Notes under the pieces: generated by a model
The model's database searches: none
Told to the model about the DNA's origin: nothing
The model's input: the letters and a program-made list of their open reading frames with translations, nothing else
Shown here: positions 58,276 through 64,000 of the stretch, one piece after another
How the letters are laid out: each line of letters opens with the position of its first letter
Numbering within the stretch: the stretch's first letter is position 1
Origin: Octopus vulgaris
Taxonomy: Eukaryota
Length of the DNA: 64,000 nucleotides
NCBI GenBank assembly: GCA_951406725.2
Contig: OX597814.1
Span: 44,330,001-44,394,000 of the forward strand
Reading direction: 5' to 3'
Made by a program: the position numbers and the translations under genes

Positions 58276-59685
58276 ATATATATAAGATAAATACATATAC
58301 TCACACATACACACGCATATGTTTGTATGCTTGTATTCATGTATGTGGGTGGCTATATATGTATATGTATATTAGATATAGATTTCTGAAAGTCTATAAT
58401 ATTACATGATCTTTATGAATTGTTTCTTTTCCCTTTTTCTTTCCAGAACATATATTTTCAACACAAGTATATCCCTTCAATGGAATTTTTACTTTGTCAT
58501 TATTTCATTATTTTTATTAATTCAGAAACCTCATATATCGTTAGAGAACTGTCAACGCGTTTTCTAATTTAGAAAATAGTTATTAGCCAATCGCAAGTGA
58601 TTGGCTCCTTGGATTGCTCAAGCCATACATCATTGAACTAATCTTTAATGTTTCCTTAACTGCATGGATTTACCTATTTTCTTACGCTAGGGTTTAGAAA
58701 ATACTAATACTCGTTCCAGAGCAATATTTACCCTACTCAAATAACGTGATAGTTTATATATACCCGAAAGACTGAGATGGCTTTTAAGTTACATACATAT
58801 CAGAGATAACTGTTCTGAAAACTTTGGTGAGAGGGCACATTGATTTCACTACTCAGTACGAAAGTGATTGTAATTCGTAGCTATAATTCGAAATATAGTA
58901 TTTTTGTATCTTTGTATCAGTTCTTATTTGTGTGTTCGAAATTGCTGAAATGAAAGTAATTAAATACTACATATCATATAAAGCCATCAGCCCTTGCGAA
59001 AACAATCAATTCGTAACACATAATTTACTATTACACGTCGGAATAATTATTATAGCAATTTCAAATCTGTTACACTCAAAACTTATTAGGCATTTCTTAG
59101 AAACATAACTAACATTAAGATAGAATCAAACAGGTTGATCTTATCTTGAACTTTAAACCATATAATAGTATATATCACTCTAAATTAAAATAAAACAGAT
59201 ACTAAATATTCTCTTAAAATTAATTAAAATTTAACTGTTATATAAATACATTTCAACTATGTAAGCTTAAACTATTTCATAAATTTGAAATCTATTCTTT
59301 ATTTGCAGAGCAATTTACAATGTGTATAACATTTAATCATTGTAAAATCAAATATTACTTCATAGTTTATCGTCAACCAAATGTACAGATCGATGCAATA
59401 TGGAATAATATGGAAAAGCGTGTAAACAATAGAGTAACTATACCAATACATTCCAAAAGTGAATAATGTCTCCAAGCAGGAAGGCTTTACAACTGGTGAG
59501 GACTCCACAAAGACACGGTCACCATGACTGTCAATGAAAGTGATTTTTTCCCATTGTAGTATTTCAATCAACGGGTACATCCTCGCTACAGGACCATGCA
59601 CACGGACATGGTCACATGGTCACTACTTTCATCGAACTTTCACTGGATCAGCTGGGAGGCAGCACCTCACTCCCACCCGCTCTCC

Positions 59686-59747
<62 letters not shown>

Positions 59748-60139
59748 TCAATTTCAATTACCATTTACTAGTGAAACTTGAAAACATATTGGGTATAAGG
59801 TAAAACAGGAAGATGTCTCTCTTCATCCCTTTCAATCCAGTCTGCAAAATATCTCATATGTCAGGACAGCTAGAAGGATAAGCGTTTCCTTCTTTCCCGA
59901 CCAAAAGCAGGCCATGAGAGGAGCTTCGCAATGGGCTCAGCCCATAGTCAGATCCATGCTACGCATGACAGATTGTGTAGAGTTTATTTAGAACTGAAAA
60001 TGTACCCTCCCGTCCAGGTTTTAAATACTACGCTAAGGATTTCTGAAACAGATCAGTCGGATCAGTCGGATTCTCCTTACGAACGTCATCACACTTCACC
60101 GCCAATTTTCATAATCATGATGATAATAACAACAATAAT

Positions 60140-60380
60140 AATAAATGCCTTGATACAGAACCAGGCACCGGCTGTCAATGCTTCTGATCTTAACTGATTG
60201 GAAAGTATTATCGTGTGCATGTTTTATCTTTGATATAGCAGATGAGCTACAAGAAATATTCTGCTCAATACCACAGATTTTCTTGTCAGTTGTTTGACCT
60301 TAACAAGTCGAGCATGTCTTTTGGTGACTGACGATATGTGCATCACTGATCCCGAGTAGAAGTACTGTGAGAGCATCATA
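60140..60380 (-). mobile_element. Short 3' fragment of an R4/Dong-like element ending in a TAA-type tract
   Basis: Minus strand tacttctactcgggatcagtgatgcacat...caaggcatttattattatt, abutting (ATA)n. Confidence 0.4.
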
Positions 60381-60399
60381 GCCATCAGCTGAGAGGACG

Positions 60400-62570
60400 A
60401 CTTTGGATTTTGAATAAACCACCTCTGGAGACGTTCGTATTTCGTTCTATATACTTTAAAAAACCCGTATTCAAGGAACATTTGAGCAGGAACTGACCGC
60501 AAACGGAACAATTTTCGGGAAAATAGAAATCAGGAGTGGCATCTTCCAAGGAGACTGCCTGTCCCCACTGACATTTGTACTGTGCATGCTACCACTAGCA
60601 CTGATTCTGAGGAAAGCAAAGGCTGGGTATGTTTTCAAAAGTCGCCAACAAAAGTCAACCACTTGTTATTCATGGTAAAGATGAATCCCAAGTCAGTTCC
60701 CTCGTTGATACGGTGTATACTTTCAGTGCTGATATCAGAATGGAGTTCGGACAGAAAAAATGCGGTATGTATAGACAGGCTAGCGATACCATCGGGATAG
60801 GTTAAGAAGCTGATGGAAGAGACGGGCTACAAGTAATTCCAATTTATTGATGGAGAAAGAAATGACAGAAAAATTTAAGGTGGAGTACTTGGGCGAGTTC
60901 ACTACTTAGATATTGAGCAGGAGTAATCGCATGGACAGTAGACGAACTAAACAACTTAGACAGAAAGACAAGGAAGTTGCTGACTAGATATAGGTTACTC
61001 CACCCAAAAAGTGATACAGAGAGAATGTAAGTACCAAGAAAAAGATTACGAAGACGACTGACTCGATCCGAACACAGCATTAGAGCAGAAGAAAACAACC
61101 TAGCATGGGATGCAAAAAATGCCACAGAACCACTATTATTGAAATTAAGAAGTCACGATTATGTAGAATGGAAGGTAGATCTTTTCCTTTTGATGGACGG
61201 AATTTTCTAGTTAACTAAAAAATTTGAAACTTCGTATACTGGTAGAATGTGTCAAACGAAAACATTATTGTAAACAAAATTGATAACAAAATTGTAATTT
61301 GTAAATTTAACGTAGTTTAATTCTTCGAATTTTAACCAATGAAATACCAGAATCTTCGAATTTTAACCAATGAAATCCCAGCATTTGAGCTCAAATCATT
61401 TGCTGCGTTATCGATACTGGTAAAGAAACATAGCAGACGCATGCCGCATACACACACACACACATATATTCAGATACATACACACGTACACTTGCACACA
61501 CACACACTCTCTCTGTCACTCTCTCTCTCTGTCTCTCTCTCAAACACAAGCATATACATTTGCACAAGCACATAGTAATTAATATATAAGCATACACACA
61601 CATACAAACGGAGATATACACACATATACGCACACAAGCATACATACACGTTCGTGTGTTCGCACTGGTGTCGATAGAATCGACTTAATACTTTTGTTAT
61701 CTCATGCTTTGTCCCCTCTGTGATTGCCCCTTGCCGCAACAAATTTACACAAAAGGTAAATATACCAGAAGGGGGGGGTCAATGTTTCATCGTTTCGGGG
61801 TCGATAAATTAAGTACCAATTACGCACTGGTGTCGAATATTTTTTTCCCAATTTATATCACAGTTTCCGACAAGATGGGGCATCCTTTTATGAAAAAAAT
61901 ATTTCGCAAATTTTTACAATATGACTCACACTCCACGCGCAAACTCTAGACCGCTTTAGGCATATTATTGTTTTGTTTTTTTTTGTTACTGGCCCTTCAA
62001 AACCATGGGAGAAGCCTTTTCGGTAAAAAAAAAATATTAAAAAAATATCGTTAATATTTTTATTGGGCGACGAAATTCATCGATTTAAGAGGTATAGCTG
62101 TTATTTGTAGCACATGCAGAAGACATAAGACAGAAGAGAGAAGGATGAATAAGACGTGTGTGTGTGAGTTTTTAGACGCAGCAAATGATTTTAGCTCAAA
62201 TGCTAGGATTTCATTGGTTAAAATTCGAAGAATTAAACTACGTTAAACTTACAAATTACAATTTTGTTTTCAATTTTGCTTACAATAATGTTTTCTTTTG
62301 ACACATTCTACCATTCAAATTGTTTAGTTAACTAGAAAATTCCGTCCATCAAAAGGAAAAGATCCTGGAAGTTTGCCATGATAAAGCACTATACAAGGAC
62401 TTGAGAATAAATGAAACTGAAAATAGGAAGATAAACAGAGAAATGCATTGTCAATTCCATAGGGATGTTGAAGATATGACAGACAGAGAAAAAAGCTTTA
62501 AAACTGGGAACGGAGGCTCTAATCTGTGCTGTCCAAGAACAAGCATTCAGAACCAATTACATCAAATACA
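60400..62570 (+). mobile_element. Old R4/Dong-like RT fossil, interrupted by the MITE
   Basis: IRSGIFQGDCLSPLTFVLCMLPL, KVNHLLFM, LDRKTRKLL..Y.LLHPKSDTER. Resumes after 62366 (MHCQF...). Confidence 0.7.
61175..62365. mobile_element. MITE/foldback element with ~200-bp TIRs and probable 6-bp TSD
   Basis: 61177-61409 is the reverse complement of 62175-62364. tggaag occurs at 61169-61174 and 62366-62371. The interior holds microsatellites and a SINE fragment. Confidence 0.8.
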
Positions 62571-62599
62571 AATGCAACGTTAACCTTGACCAGCAGAAT

Positions 62600-64000
62600 G
62601 TCATAAAAGACTTAGAACCAGTGGAGAGCTACAAATACCCTGGGGTACTTGAAGGGGACGTAATAAGGCATTCAGTGATGAGGGAAATGATCAGAAGAGA
62701 CTTTTATTGCAGGGTGAGAGCAACACTTAAGACTGAGCTGAATGCAAGAAACAGGATCGAAGCGATCAATGCTTTTACCATACCAGTTTCAATATCATTA
62801 TCTGGTCAATTACTGAAATATATAATCTTGAAATATGTTAACTGTAGACAATGCATAGAAGGCACCATTCTAAGGCAGATATAGAACGACTTTATCTGCC
62901 AACAAAAGAGGGAGGTGTGGACTTTTACAACTGGCATTAACAATGCAGATTGCCACAATTGGCCTAGACACCTACCTGAAAATCTCTGAGGACTGGATGC
63001 TAAAACTTGTCTCAAAGCATGTAAACAAGAATGCATCATACTCGGTAACAAAACAGGCAAAGGAATATCTAAGTAAATTACAAATATAACAACTTCCGGA
63101 ATTAGGCGTATTAGAAACAAGCGCAGAAAAAGCTAATCACATGGAAACCCGTGCCAAAACTGCTGCTTTAGATATTCTGACTGATAAATGTCAAGAAAAA
63201 TAGCAGCCCAAGATCAATGCCTACCTACAAGAAAGTACCAGGCCAACATATTAAAGAACGGCAGCTTCCCAACATTTTGGGTGTGTCAACAACAAAATGA
63301 AACCATTGATTATTTTGTCTCCATGTACAGTCTTTTTGCGCTTATAGATTATCTGAACAGGCATGATAGAGCTGCACAATATATTCACTGGGAAATTTGC
63401 AAAAACCTGGACTTACCCCGTGATAAAAACTGGTGGGAACATAAACCACCTCCAGTGCTTGTAAATAATCACAACTCACTCCTCTGGAACTTCACCATAC
63501 AAACTGACAGAAAGATAGATGCAAATAGGCCATACATCATACTGAAAGACTTCAGGCAAAAATCATGCCTCCTCATTGATATGACTGTCCCAATCGATAT
63601 AAACGTATCTGTCAAGACCTACCAAAATCTGAGCAAGTATATAGATCTTGAAATAGAAACTAGTAAAATGTGGATCCTGAAGACTAAAACAAATCCTGTT
63701 GTCATAAGTGACCTAGGAATGATAGCAAAAGGGACTGAATGCTACCTAGCTCTGATACCAGGAAACCCCAAAATGGCAGAAATTCAAAAGATAGTACACA
63801 TGAGAACTACTGATATCCTACGCAAAATACTTTCAATGTAATCTCAAATTTTAAAACAAACATAATTTTCTTATGGTTTCTTAAACATTCTCTAGAACAA
63901 CACTATGTACAAAATCAAATACATGGCGCCCTAGGCATGACACCAACAGGAACTTCATATTTGTTGTCTCTTGGGGTCTCTGGGTAAGACATGGAGCCTA
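62600..64000 (+). mobile_element. R4/Dong-like LINE 3' portion (knuckle + RLE remnant, 217-aa ORF) with 3' UTR
   Basis: YKYPGVLE, LKTELNARNRIEAIN, AAQDQCLPTR, RHD, ANRPYIIL..LLIDMTVP, KYIDLEIE and IQKIV..T..ILRKILSM. Confidence 0.85.

Overview
AT-rich, microsatellite-dense metazoan genomic DNA with no intact host gene that I can recognise. The SINE families look cephalopod/Octopus-like (inference). The window is almost entirely transposon-derived: CR1-group LINE fossils, several R4/Dong-type RLE non-LTR retrotransposons at (TAA)n tracts (one with a 773-aa ORF), a Penelope-like element (RT + GIY-YIG) with a nested LINE, Tc1/mariner and Chapaev3-like DNA transposon fossils, a long-TIR MITE, three tRNA-derived SINE families and a tRNA-Cys(GCA)-like copy. 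The main signal is a dense set of type I hammerhead ribozyme (HHR) motifs, roughly a dozen intact, partial or decayed copies from at least five sequence families. Most sit in elements with the same architecture: tandem copies plus an inverted arm, with 3' ends facing outward. The best example is 36688-37950, a very young, ORF-less, highly structured 359-bp unit repeated about 2.3x on one strand and about 1.2x inverted between (TA)n tracts. Each full unit carries a non-canonical hammerhead (CCGAUGA core, U-U at the base of helix II, palindromic helix III). It is a candidate retrozyme/circRNA element, plausibly mobilised by Penelope-like machinery. All folds were made by eye and no activity was tested.
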